A DNA stretch of 64,000 bases from Nitrosopumilaceae archaeon (GTDB lineage Archaea; Thermoproteota; Nitrososphaeria; Nitrososphaerales; Nitrosopumilaceae). The position numbers and the translations under genes were made by a program. Numbering within the stretch: the first letter of the stretch is position 1; each line of letters opens with the position of its first letter. The notes beneath the pieces were generated by a model. The model was given only the letters and a program-made list of their open reading frames with translations, was not told where the DNA came from and ran no database searches. Shown here piece after piece: positions 10,708 through 20,517 of this stretch. The DNA is taken from positions 672,001 through 736,000 of the forward strand of contig OZ242274.1 in NCBI GenBank assembly GCA_965207375.1, in the 5' to 3' direction.

Positions 10708-11934
10708 TTATATTGTAAACCAGCCTGTCTTGATGTATGTCAGCGCTATGTTCAATCCAAATACTGCAAATGTAAATGCGTAAATTGCCCACATTGTTGC
10801 GTTTACCCTGCTTTCTGACATCTTGTCTACAATTATACTGTGAATGAATTTTCCTCCATCCAAAATTGGTAACGGTAGCATGTTGATTATTCCAATGAAA
10901 AATGAGATCATCCACAACCACAGCAAATACATTGAAACCTGAGGATCCCATTGAATAAAGTCATAGATTGGAGTAAAAAACGCATTGTCACGTATGATTC
11001 CCATCAGTCCACGTCCGGGATCTTCTGGGGACGGTAAAATCTCTACAGCAAATGTAATTGGCTCGCCGTTACGCAGTACGGAAATTTCTGCAGTCTGACC
11101 CGGCATCAGCTCTACCTTCTGAAAATCTATTGCCGACTGTATTGAGATCTCATCAATCTGAGTAATAATGTCGTCTGGCATCATGCCTGCCTTTTGTGCC
11201 CCAAAGCCTTCCATGATTTCCAAAACCTTTACCCCCTCTGGCAATTCATAGAATAATCCCACAATGGGTTCAGGCAGCACTATTGCAAATATAGGATTGG
11301 TCAGCAGTATCAGGCCTAGTGCTAGTGCAAAAATTACATTTGCAGTAGCCCCTGCGCCTATTACCCTAAGCTTGGATATTTTTTTTGCCTTTTCAAACTC
11401 TTGCTCGTCTGGTTCTACAAAGCCTGCAAATACTGCAATGAAAACTGCAAACCCTCCAGACTTTACCTTGATCTTTTCTAGTGTTGCAACAATTCCGTGT
11501 GCCCCCTCATGTACAACTAGCACTATGGGCAGCGACAACAAAAATCCCGCAATTGCAGATACTGATGTTAGTGTTATACCAGGAATCAATACGGTAAGCT
11601 CTGCAGCCTCTGCAGGCGTAAAAATAAATTTCACTATATTATCTATCAAAAACCAAAACGCAAATCCCATCATTGCAAAACCTGCAACCACGCTGACATC
11701 TGCAAATATCCGCACCGCCCTTTTGGTTCTACCCAACAGCCGTGTCAGGGCAGTCTGTATCTGATAATTCTTGTATACGAGACTGTACGCCTTTAGCTCA
11801 AAGCCATGCTTGTCTAGTTTTAGGCCCTTTGCTATGCCTAGCACTACAACCCAGCCGATTAATACGTAAATAATTGCATTTTGAGTAATAAAATCAAGTT
11901 CCAAACTGTTGTTACTTTTTTTAATCACGCCCAT
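10708..11934 (-). CDS. Site-2 protease (M50) with PDZ domain
   Basis: HEGAH, FVEPDE, GAGATAN, NMLPLPILDGG; multiple TM segments. Confidence 0.93.
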   Translation of the reverse strand: MGVIKKSNNSLELDFITQNAIIYVLIGWVVVLGIAKGLKLDKHGFELKAYSLVYKNYQIQTALTRLLGRTKRAVRIFADVSVVAGFAMMGFAFWFLIDNIVKFIFTPAEAAELTVLIPGITLTSVSAIAGFLLSLPIVLVVHEGAHGIVATLEKIKVKSGGFAVFIAVFAGFVEPDEQEFEKAKKISKLRVIGAGATANVIFALALGLILLTNPIFAIVLPEPIVGLFYELPEGVKVLEIMEGFGAQKAGMMPDDIITQIDEISIQSAIDFQKVELMPGQTAEISVLRNGEPITFAVEILPSPEDPGRGLMGIIRDNAFFTPIYDFIQWDPQVSMYLLWLWMISFFIGIINMLPLPILDGGKFIHSIIVDKMSESRVNATMWAIYAFTFAVFGLNIALTYIKTGWFTI

Positions 11935-11946
11935 TTATCACTTACT

Positions 11947-12258
11947 ATGAAGCCTGCAGTTTTAGTCTCGACCTTTCCAGACAGGGCAATAATTGACTCT
12001 ATTGCAAGTCAGCTTGTAACTGATAAAATCGTAGCATGCGTCAATATTTCCAAAATCGCCTCCATTTATAGCTGGCAAGACACAATACACAAAACTGATG
12101 AATTTCTGGCAATTTTTAAAACAACTCAGAAAAACCTCCCACTACTCAAAAAACGATTAAAGCAACTTCATCCATATGATGTGCCAGAAATTGCAGAAAT
12201 TAATATTGATTCCATTAATTCAGACTATATGAAATGGATTGCAGATTCCACACTTTAG
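11947..12258 (+). CDS. cutA: Divalent-cation tolerance protein CutA
   Basis: ACVNI, SIYSW, HPYDVPEI. Start trimmed to MKPAV. Confidence 0.92.
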   Translation: MKPAVLVSTFPDRAIIDSIASQLVTDKIVACVNISKIASIYSWQDTIHKTDEFLAIFKTTQKNLPLLKKRLKQLHPYDVPEIAEINIDSINSDYMKWIADSTL

Positions 12259-13280
12259 ACTGCATATCTTAGAGTCGATACAATCCCACCTAGTCCTGTA
12301 ACTCTTAGTCCCAAATCCGTTGACGAATCTACGCTAAAGATATTGCCTCCCTTTGATTCTACATCATTTAGAAATCTGATAATCTTTTCTTCGTCTATAT
12401 CCTCTAATACTTTATCTGAAAATACCAATGATTCAATTGCAGCAAACTCGTTTGCCTTGGCAGTCTCATCAAAACCCATGGTAAATTTTTTACCTCGCTT
12501 GCTTGCCATAAGCATGATATCATCTATGATGCCTGCAATTTTAGCAATCTTGCTTTCTGACATTGTCTCTTTCATGATCTCTGATTTTGTAAACGTGTAG
12601 ATTCCGTCTTCTCCTCCAGAATCTATGCCCTCTACTACTTTTGGCTTTGACTTCAAAGATTTTTCGATATAATTTGCAAACTTTCTCTTGGTATTTCCTG
12701 GACCAAAAATTATCACCCTGTCACTAACAGTAGATACTGTTTTGCATATTTGTTCAAAGAACCCTTCTATGTTAAAATCAGTTTTGTATCTTTTACCTGC
12801 AGCACCTGAATAGATATTTGGCATAATTTCCAAATGCGTCCCGTTTAATCTTGCTATTCCGCAATCTGATTTGTCTATTGCCACTAGCAGGAATCTGATT
12901 TTATCATCCTGTGTTTTTATCAACTTTTTTTCTATACTGTCCCATTTTTTCTTCCAGATAGTAAACGGCTCACCGGTTTTTAGCAACACAGAATGATGTG
13001 ACCCGTGTGCAACTGTTTCATTGCTTGACTCTGTTATGGTGCCTGAAATCCTCAACCTGTCTACGGTACTGTCTAGGGAAATTTTTTGCACCTGTAGTGA
13101 AATTCTAACCCTTATTCTCTCCCTGTCAGGCCTTGAAAAATCCTTGTCTAACTTGATTACACGCGTAGTATCTGCGATAATTCTGTCGCCTGCCCTTATC
13201 ACTCTGCGCAAGGACAGTAGGTCATCTGCATCTTGTGCAATAACTGTAATTTTATTGTCATCTGTCTGTTTTGTAATCAT
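12255..13280 (-). CDS. pelA: mRNA surveillance protein pelota
   Basis: DDLLSL..VIRAGD, RLRISG, GSHH, GPG and C-terminal LGGIVSTLRY of the eRF1-like family. Confidence 0.93.
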   Translation of the reverse strand: MITKQTDDNKITVIAQDADDLLSLRRVIRAGDRIIADTTRVIKLDKDFSRPDRERIRVRISLQVQKISLDSTVDRLRISGTITESSNETVAHGSHHSVLLKTGEPFTIWKKKWDSIEKKLIKTQDDKIRFLLVAIDKSDCGIARLNGTHLEIMPNIYSGAAGKRYKTDFNIEGFFEQICKTVSTVSDRVIIFGPGNTKRKFANYIEKSLKSKPKVVEGIDSGGEDGIYTFTKSEIMKETMSESKIAKIAGIIDDIMLMASKRGKKFTMGFDETAKANEFAAIESLVFSDKVLEDIDEEKIIRFLNDVESKGGNIFSVDSSTDLGLRVTGLGGIVSTLRYAV

Positions 13281-13305
13281 AAACTCTCAGCTGCATCTGT
13301 ATAAT

Positions 13306-13743
13306 CTAGCCAGACGTCTGAGCAGTATCATCTTGCCCCTTTTTTTTCACATAGTTTTCCACCCATTCTAAGGTTATTACTCCTGCCTGGGCCAAGTTAA
13401 TTAGAGAATTAGACGATGCGTTTCCTGACACCTTGCCACTGTTGCGTCTAATCTGTCTCCACTTTAAGGCAGTATTGCCGCTTTTTGATGTGTAAATAAT
13501 TCCCAAAACATCACGTGCGTTTACAAAGGTAATCTCACGTATTTTTTTCAAAGTAACCTTGTCTGCAGCTTCGACATAAATTGAACCCAAATTGTCCTCT
13601 CTTTCTGCAAATACCTCAAAGTCATCAAGGTAGCTTTTTGGAGCAAACGAACTGCACGTGCTTGCTATAATGAATCGTCTAAAACTTTCTAATGATGCAG
13701 GAATATCTATTGCTACCATAGATACAGACATTAACTTTGCCAT
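13306..13743 (-). CDS. Hypothetical protein
   Basis: 145-aa ORF in a core-like region, co-oriented with pelota; no motif recognised. Confidence 0.7.
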   Translation of the reverse strand: MAKLMSVSMVAIDIPASLESFRRFIIASTCSSFAPKSYLDDFEVFAEREDNLGSIYVEAADKVTLKKIREITFVNARDVLGIIYTSKSGNTALKWRQIRRNSGKVSGNASSNSLINLAQAGVITLEWVENYVKKKGQDDTAQTSG

Positions 13744-13793
13744 TTATCAAGCTTCTTGAAAGACTCAAGTACTTTTAGTTGAAATTTTTCTTT

Positions 13794-13854
13794 GCGGGCA
13801 GTGATGAACATATCCCTATGACTGATGATATGGATCTTGAGTTCTGAGCCCTGC
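13794..13854 (+). ncRNA. Box C/D 2'-O-methylation guide sRNA
   Basis: Terminal stem GCGGGC/GCCCTGC; box C GTGATGA (13801-07); D' ATGA (13818-21); C' TGATGA (13823-28); box D CTGA (13844-47). Confidence 0.8.
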
Positions 13855-13894
13855 CATCGTTACTATTTTATCAAACGTAAATCTTAATTTTATC

Positions 13895-14314
13895 ATGAAG
13901 TCATTTACTCACTATCTGACATTTAACACAAAAAGGCGCGTTGATTTTGTCAATATCACATCAGATGTTTCCAAGCTGGTGTCTCAAAGTAAAGTACGCG
14001 AAGGTCTATGTCTGGTAAACGCCATGCACATAACTGCAAGTGTCTTTATCAATGATGACGAATCTGGTCTGCATAATGATTATACAAAATGGCTGGAGCT
14101 ACTAGCTCCACACGAGCCGGTATCAGACTATAGCCATAACGATACAGGCGAGGACAATGCAGATGCGCATCTAAAAAGGCAGATAATGGGAAGAGAGGTT
14201 ATAGTTGCAATTACTGAGGGCAGACTAGACTTTGGACCATGGGAGGCAATCTTTTACGGGGAATTTGATGGCCGTCGTGACAAGAGGGTTCTTGTAAAAA
14301 TCATTGGTCAATAG
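13895..14314 (+). CDS. yjbQ: YjbQ/UPF0047 family protein
   Basis: [37 protein letters not shown]. Confidence 0.93.
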   Translation: MKSFTHYLTFNTKRRVDFVNITSDVSKLVSQSKVREGLCLVNAMHITASVFINDDESGLHNDYTKWLELLAPHEPVSDYSHNDTGEDNADAHLKRQIMGREVIVAITEGRLDFGPWEAIFYGEFDGRRDKRVLVKIIGQ

Positions 14315-14433
14315 TGTTTATAGTAAAGATCATGCCGAATTAAATCTTAAATTACAAATGCTCAATTTAATCTTGAGTTAAACGAGGTTCTTTTGCATTA
14401 ATTGCAGGTGAAACCCAATGCAGATTTCTCTAG

Positions 14434-14718
14434 CTAAATTTTCTTTGTAACAATTCCAACTAATGTTTTATCCTGTATAATGATCAATACTGAAACACTT
14501 TTGTTGCCTAGACCATCATCAGAGACGCCAAATAAACAATAATTCGGCGGACAATCTTTGCAGGTTTGATATTCATAATGTTTTTTTGGATCTTTGAGAT
14601 AGCGGATGTGATTTAGAAAATGGGTTACAACCCACTTATCCTTCAATGATAATTTACCATAGGATTTTTTGAATCCTTTGGTTAGTTGTAAATCCCAAAA
14701 AACTCTACGATTTTTCAT
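14434..14718 (-). CDS. RelE/YafQ-like toxin (divergent)
   Basis: 94 aa, basic; LQLTKGFKKSYGKL N-terminus typical of the RelE superfamily; overlaps the upstream partner. Confidence 0.5.
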   Translation of the reverse strand: MKNRRVFWDLQLTKGFKKSYGKLSLKDKWVVTHFLNHIRYLKDPKKHYEYQTCKDCPPNYCLFGVSDDGLGNKSVSVLIIIQDKTLVGIVTKKI

Positions 14719-14902
14719 CCAACCACTTTACAACATCTCCAAAATCCGAGAATTTTGGTGATAGTTTAGATTGGTCTCCTTTGTGCCGTTTGTATTCCTC
14801 TATTGCGATTGTATGAACTGATTTCCATACTGGAATGAAGCCATTTTTTATCATACTAGTTAATCTACATTTTGTATTAAAAATATTTTGTTTTTCTGGC
14901 TG
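14705..14902 (-). pseudogene. Probable antitoxin partner, 5' end replaced by a MITE
   Basis: C-terminal SPKFSDFGDVVKWLD resembles RelB-type tails. The track's N-terminus (14903-14959) is MITE sequence. Confidence 0.4.
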
Positions 14903-14986
14903 ATAAGATGCTAGATCAGGCATGACAAATTTGTGCGACTCGTGCCTAGAATTAAACATCTAGAAACTGTGAACCTAGCCTCTTAC
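14903..14986. mobile_element. 84-bp MITE (GTAAGAGGC-end family), copy A
   Basis: Ends ATAAGATGCTAGAT/CCTAGCCTCTTAC; same length as and homologous to 27261-27344 and 62568-62651. Confidence 0.75.
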
Positions 14987-14991
14987 TACAG

Positions 14992-15068
14992 AGACATGAT
15001 TCGTAATTAGAAAACCACACCTAACAGGAGCAAAAATCCGTGCCCAGATCTAATTACGAATCATGTCT
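14992..15068. mobile_element. 77-bp IS5-type MITE, copy A
   Basis: Perfect 19-bp TIR AGACATGATTCGTAATTAG; 3-bp TSD CAG (14989-91/15069-71); ends match the IS at 18174-19255. Confidence 0.9.
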
Positions 15069-15085
15069 CAGTTACTTTGTTGAAA

Positions 15086-15275
15086 ACTATAGACATAACG
15101 ATACAGGCGAGGACAATGCAGATGCGCATCTGAAAAGGCAGATAATGGGAAGAGAGGTTATAGTTGCAATTACTGAGGGCAGGCTAGACTTTGAACCATG
15201 GGAGGCAATCTTTTATGGGGAATTTGATGGACGTCGTGACAAGAGGGTTCTTGTAAAAATCATTGGTCAATAGTG
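15086..15275 (+). pseudogene. Duplicated 3' 190 bp of yjbQ
   Basis: Direct repeat of 14127-14316 with 6 substitutions. Track ORF 15040-15273 is a MITE/yjbQ chimera. Confidence 0.9.
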
Positions 15276-15434
15276 ATGTTATGGATAACTGCTATTTCTA
15301 CCATCTTGCCATTTCAATAGTGACTTTTTTTATCTCATTTATTGTACTGTACAGTAATTGTCTTTCTCATCTTGCTTCCATTGTAATTTTGATAAAAGCT
15401 AGAACATGTGGCAACAGATGTAAAATTAGACAAT

Positions 15435-15893
15435 TTACTTCTTTTTTATTTTGACTATAGGCGTGATGTTAACAAGATAAACCGGTTCTCCGTCTTGAGT
15501 GTAGAATTTGGTTTTGTTTATTTGTACTGCTACAGTTTTTACACTCAATGTCATTCCGTTACTTAGATCATAAACGCTAAAGTTTTCTCGTAAAGGTTCA
15601 GTCTCCATATCATTTTCAATAATAGAATTTTGTAATTCTGCCACATTGAATGATTGGAATGCTTCTGGATTCCGTTTTTCTTTTGGAACATATGTAACAA
15701 TTATGTTTGTAGAATATATTGCAAATCTCTGAGGAGATCGTGGATCTGGAATTAAATGATTAACATGAATCAATGTTTTAACAATAGTACCATCTCGTAA
15801 TTTATAAAAACTGGGTTCTAGAGTTTTAGGTGTGGCGGTAATATATTTCATATCTTTGATATTGCTCTCTACCTCTTCATATGGAATCGTCAA
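15435..15893 (-). CDS. Hypothetical protein with a two-fold internal repeat, downstream of hicA
   Basis: E.SFYKLRDGTIVK and ENFSVYDLSNGMTLSVK repeats; 12 bp from the hicA stop. Confidence 0.7.
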   Translation of the reverse strand: MTIPYEEVESNIKDMKYITATPKTLEPSFYKLRDGTIVKTLIHVNHLIPDPRSPQRFAIYSTNIIVTYVPKEKRNPEAFQSFNVAELQNSIIENDMETEPLRENFSVYDLSNGMTLSVKTVAVQINKTKFYTQDGEPVYLVNITPIVKIKKK

Positions 15894-15905
15894 TACATGA
15901 TTAAG

Positions 15906-16124
15906 TTAAAACTCTTCTTTAAATTCTTCTATTTCAATTTCTGCTTGAGCAAGAATTGTCTTCAAAAGACCCTTACCAAGTTCTTTGTTACCATGTCTTG
16001 GAACTTGTGTTCTTTTACCATCTTTGTAAAAAACAACATGACGTTGTCCTTGATGCGCGCTAAATCCTTGTTTGAGCAAATACTCTATCATTTCACGGTT
16101 GGTTACTACAGGTAGTTTAGACAC
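15906..16124 (-). CDS. hicA: HicA family toxin
   Basis: LPVV..REM...L...GF, RH, VPRHGNKELGKGLL..IL.QA. Confidence 0.9.
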   Translation of the reverse strand: MSKLPVVTNREMIEYLLKQGFSAHQGQRHVVFYKDGKRTQVPRHGNKELGKGLLKTILAQAEIEIEEFKEEF

Positions 16125-16418
16125 TTAGAGAGTTAATACTTGTGATAAGTTAAATTCTTTGTTTGGTCTTCCAAGAGAATCTAACATGTCAGATACTGCA
16201 TACCATGCATTTTGCATTGTTTCTTTTTCATCAACACCATCAGTCACAACACCGGGCAAATCAGGACAAGTAGCTACAAAACGCCCATCTTCGTCCTGTT
16301 GTAAAATTATGCGATAAACTTTAGTTTGTGCACTAGATGTTTGAGAACTTGAAATTGTCCTAGTAATACTTGATGGAAATGATCTAGTCAATTCAATACG
16401 TGTTGTTTCTTGTAACAT
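16125..16418 (-). CDS. hicB: HicB family antitoxin (short form)
   Basis: DEDGRFVATCPDLPGVVTDG..E.E...NA..A; no C-terminal DNA-binding domain. Confidence 0.88.
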   Translation of the reverse strand: MLQETTRIELTRSFPSSITRTISSSQTSSAQTKVYRIILQQDEDGRFVATCPDLPGVVTDGVDEKETMQNAWYAVSDMLDSLGRPNKEFNLSQVLTL

Positions 16419-16533
16419 ATGTCTCGCTTCTGATTGTATTATTTTAATCTACATTTAAGGTTAATGTTGTACCGTTATCTTGGTATTAAAAACTCTATAA
16501 TAATGCCTGGCCTTTTCTTGTGGGCTACGCCTC

Positions 16534-16920
16534 TTACTCATGTCCTTGATCTACCTCCTGCGCCCATAAGCATTCTGTTTTGATCGATCCTATTCTAGCG
16601 AGGTCCCACCAGCAGTTTTTGGTTGAGATGTTGCTTCTGAATTCGTTTGTGGCCTGATTGATAGTTACACATTGAACATTATTTATCTTGGCATATCTTG
16701 TTTTTAATTTTTCTACATCGTTGTGACTGAGCAAGTGATCTACCCCATAAGTTACTAAGACAAAGTGTTTTGTGTTGTTTTGATGTTCTGCATATCTTTC
16801 TAATTTTTGAAAGTTTAGAAACTTCCTTTTACACTCTTTAATTTCCTTAATGATGGCGGAACCTTTTCCTTTTTTTATTTCAAGAACAACTTCCAAAACT
16901 GTAGAATATAGATAACACAA
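16534..16920 (-). CDS. Hypothetical protein
   Basis: 128-aa ORF 14 bp downstream of 16935-17228; alternating beta/alpha pattern, possibly ferredoxin-like. Confidence 0.5.
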   Translation of the reverse strand: MCYLYSTVLEVVLEIKKGKGSAIIKEIKECKRKFLNFQKLERYAEHQNNTKHFVLVTYGVDHLLSHNDVEKLKTRYAKINNVQCVTINQATNEFRSNISTKNCWWDLARIGSIKTECLWAQEVDQGHE

Positions 16921-16934
16921 GTTTATGAAAGTTG

Positions 16935-17228
16935 TTATTGGCTAACCAAAACTTTTAGGTTTTTTACGCCGGTAGGTTTTGCTGCCCTAGATCGTATTTG
17001 CCATAGATTCTTTACAAACACCTCAATGTTGTTTTCTTCTACTAGTGCCTTGCCGGTTACACAGTACCTTGTTCCCTCCAAATTTAGTTTTGTTGTATAT
17101 GCCTGTAGAATTTTTTTTGAGGATCTCATCGCGGCATTGCGCATGGGTAGACAGTTTGTGTGTCTGTCCTTGGTGCACCTTAACATGAAATACACATTTT
17201 TCATAGTTTTGTTAGGTCGTTTAACCAA
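16935..17228 (-). CDS. Hypothetical protein, possible ferredoxin-like (AsnC ligand-binding-like) fold
   Basis: 97 aa with a beta-alpha-beta-beta-alpha-beta-like pattern (VYFML...YCVTGKALV...VKNLKVLV); fold call is inference. Confidence 0.5.
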   Translation of the reverse strand: MVKRPNKTMKNVYFMLRCTKDRHTNCLPMRNAAMRSSKKILQAYTTKLNLEGTRYCVTGKALVEENNIEVFVKNLWQIRSRAAKPTGVKNLKVLVSQ

Positions 17229-18173
17229 TTACTGCATCTCCAGAATTAAGAATCTAGAATTACAGAATATATATCTACAAACGTCATATCTGACAAATTT
17301 TATGTTTTTATTTTTTATCGGAAAGAGATTTGCCCAAATTGGTTGCATGCTTTCTACAATTTGGTAAAAATCCATGTTTTTGATACATGTTCTGCCATAG
17401 TCCACATACATTCATTATTTATTTTCCTAGACGAATATAAAGAATTTTTGTAACTGTTTCGCCTTTTGAAGCTTCAGTCTAGTTATATGCTCCAGATTTG
17501 CTTGCCAAGAAATTTGTACCTGATGATCTAATTTCTGTCACACTCTATCTAAAATGTGCATGATGTAATGTTCCATCGACTATCAAATGATGGAACAAGC
17601 ACATCAGCAAAATAGGCTCGTAGATTATCTATTTAAGCTAAATGAACTAGTATCAAGTCAGAATTTCAGGGGCAAAAAGAATTGACCTGTTCTGAGGCCC
17701 AATCTGAGAACATGCGCCATGCAGATAGGCCGTGCCTCAAGAAAGAATGCAAGTGCTGTAAATGGTGGTTGCAACAAACCGGCATTGACAAGATATGTAC
17801 AAACAATGTCAAAGAAGTATCTGAGATAATATCCAAAAATAAAGAGAAATCAGATAGATTAGTTATAGAAAACACATCTCTTGCCAAAGACAACAAAAAG
17901 TATCAAAAGACAAACCAAGAGTTAAGAGCCAAGAAAAACGGCATCAAGGCAGTTACTGCAGCAGACAAGGACTGCAAAAAGGACAAGGACAAACCTCGTG
18001 GCAGGCCCAAGGGACAAAAGGCCACCATAAACAAGCGACCAGAGCACATAGACCGAGAAGAAACAGTAGATGGCCCTTGCTGCCCCGACTGTGGCACAAA
18101 GATGTCTGAAAAGATAACTAGTCAATACGACAGGGTGGCCACGCTAGTACACACCATACAGGAAAATGTACTG

Positions 18174-19255
18174 AGATGTGATTCGTAATTAGCAAATTTC
18201 CCTAAATTTCACGCCTAGCAATACCAAAAAGATCCAAATATCACCCGAATCTACCACAACTCATGATGTCCTATGAAAAACTGGTAAAAAATACCAGAAG
18301 ATTTCGTGCCATAACAGGCATGTCTACCAAAGAATTTGATTTGTTGGTATCTAAGGTGGAAAAAAAGTATCCAAGAGCAGAAAAAAAGAGACTCTCTAGA
18401 GAAAACAGAGTGCGCGCAATAGGTGCAGGCCGCAGATTCGCATTAAATGTACGAGACCAGGTGATGCTACTTTTGTTTTACTATCGTACATACTGCACAC
18501 AAGATGTAGCAGCAGTCATGTTTGAAATAGGACAAGCATCAGTATCGCGCTCTATTACCCATATAGAGCCCATCCTCAAACTATGCATTCCTATACCTTC
18601 CAAAATACATGACAAGATGCAAAGAATTTCCTCCATAGAGGAATTAGAAGAGATTCTTCCAGGTCTTAGATGTCTTGTTGATGCCTCAGAACAGAAAATA
18701 CAAAGACCAGGACGCAAGGACATGGAAAAGTCTCACTATTCGGGCAAAGCAGGAGCGCACACCTCTAAGATACAATATACGACTAACACGCATGGACTAA
18801 TCGTGCACAAGACACGTCATTCACCCGGAAAAGTACATGACGTTACAGTATACAAGAAAAAACCTCCAACATTTCCAGAGAAAATACCTGATGAAGCACA
18901 GGTCACCATATATGCAGACAGAGGATACCAAGGGGCACCTGAGGTTCCCGGAGGGACACTGTGCACCCCAATCAAAAAGAAAAAGGGTGCAAAGCTCACA
19001 GAAGGGCAAAAAGAATACAACAAAATCCACTCAAAGATTCGTGTATATGTAGAACATGCAATACGCAGGGTCAAAACATGGCGTATTATGGGAAACGTAT
19101 ACAGGAATCCACTCATAAAATACGACCGGATCAATGATATTGTGTGCGGTTTGGTAAACCGCAGCATATTGTGGCGGTTAGATCAGATGGCCTGACTGAA
19201 ACAGGGCATCTGGATGGCAGTAGGCACGCATAAAAAATAATTACGGATCACCTCT
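18174..19255 (+). mobile_element. IS5-family element
   Basis: TIR AGATGTGATTCGTAATTA / TAATTACGGATCACCTCT; 3-bp TSD CTG (18171-73/19256-58). Confidence 0.9.
18263..19195 (+). CDS. IS5-family DDE transposase (HTH + DDE_Tnp_4-like)
   Basis: FRAITG, GAGR, VDASEQ, HD, ADRGYQG, RVYVEHAI. Confidence 0.92.
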   Translation: MMSYEKLVKNTRRFRAITGMSTKEFDLLVSKVEKKYPRAEKKRLSRENRVRAIGAGRRFALNVRDQVMLLLFYYRTYCTQDVAAVMFEIGQASVSRSITHIEPILKLCIPIPSKIHDKMQRISSIEELEEILPGLRCLVDASEQKIQRPGRKDMEKSHYSGKAGAHTSKIQYTTNTHGLIVHKTRHSPGKVHDVTVYKKKPPTFPEKIPDEAQVTIYADRGYQGAPEVPGGTLCTPIKKKKGAKLTEGQKEYNKIHSKIRVYVEHAIRRVKTWRIMGNVYRNPLIKYDRINDIVCGLVNRSILWRLDQMA

Positions 19256-20346
19256 CTGTACAACATGAAAAGACGCTGGTGTTCTAAATGTAAAAAGCAA
19301 AAATCCCAGCCCATCCCAGGAGTAGATCGTTATGCACGCCGTTCATCAAGACATACAGCTGCTACGGTATCTTTGAACCTGTCAGGCATGTCTCACGGCA
19401 GAACTGCAGAGCATTCAAAGGACATAATGGGGGTAAACATATCACGCGCAGCAGCATATCGAGACAAGATGTCATTGGCCAAAAAATGTGCACCCATGCG
19501 AGATTCCATAAGAGAAGATATTCTCAAGGAGCCAAACCTAAGATGTGACGAGTTCTGGTGGCCAATCAATGGTAAACAAGGATACGTACTAGCTGCACTA
19601 GGCAAAAACAGCTGTCTGATGGAGGTATCTCAAACCAGAAAAATAGAGGCGTTAAAGAAATTTCTGCCTAGATACAAGGGAATTTCATCGCATGACTCGT
19701 ATCCTGGATGGCTGCACGTAACATCGATTCATCAGATGTGCATGGCACATCAGATTCGGCTGCCAAAAAAGGAGATCAAATACGGCAATCCCAAGGGAGA
19801 CGTACTAAAATTTCTAAACGAACTTGTACATCTATGCAAGCAACACTATTTTGCAGACAAGATAACTGATATGCACTCAAGAAAGGTGGCAGCCAACTGT
19901 CTTGACAGTCAAATGCGTCAGCTTATGAACGCAGAATGGACAGATGACAAGCAAGGTACGATACGCAGATTCCAAAAGAGATGGAGAAGGGAAGGATACT
20001 ACACCACGACGTTTCTGACAATTGAGGGGATTGAACCTGACAACAACGGAGTGGAGAGAATGAACCGGCGTTTTGTATCAATACGGCATGATGGAGGTGG
20101 GAATCGTTCTGATGCAGGCATGGAGACCAATTCCATACTGTTTACAATACTTGCAACTAGCAAGATTCAAGATACTAGTTTTTATGACCTTCTAAGAAAT
20201 TCCTACAGCCCAGGATAGCATTATCCTTTCTGTATATCATATCCTGAGGAATATCAAATTGCAATGATAGGGGATGTTGCGCATGACTATCTGAGATAGC
20301 TTCAAAAAGCGAAACAGTTACGAATTTTTATAATTGATTGTATGTC

Positions 20347-20517
20347 CTACAGACCTAGCACACTCTTGCCAAGTTCTTTGTTACCCTGTCTTGGAACTTG
20401 TGTTCTTTTACCATCCTTGTGAAAAACAACATGACGTTGTCCTTGATGCGCGCTGAATCCTTGCTTGAGCAAATACTCTATCATTTTACGGTTGGTTACT
20501 ATAGGTAGTTTAGACAC
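20347..20517 (-). pseudogene. hicA: Truncated second hicA copy
   Basis: MSKLPIVTNRKM...VPRQGNKELGKSVLGL* (56 aa); C-terminal helix lost and the VPRH motif changed to VPRQ. Confidence 0.85.

Larger units (their letters stand above)
17682..20218 (+). pseudogene. IS66 transposase split into 17682-18173 and 19259-20218
   Basis: Coiled coil, GRPKGQK and CPDCG in the N part; CDE, HDSY, QMCMAH and PDNNGVER in the C part. The parts rejoin in frame when the IS5 is removed. Confidence 0.9.
17450..20321 (+). mobile_element. IS66-family element interrupted by an IS5
   Basis: TIR GTAACTGTTTCGC/GCGAAACAGTTAC; 8-bp TSD GAATTTTT (17442-49/20322-29). Confidence 0.92.

Noticed and set aside
2563-12600. Many antisense or overlapping ORFs in the track (e.g. 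6399-7091, 11264-11764, 8434-8760)
   Set aside because: Shadow frames of well-supported housekeeping genes, with no motifs.
15040-15273. Second functional yjbQ gene
   Set aside because: The N-terminus is MITE-derived and more than half of the protein is missing.
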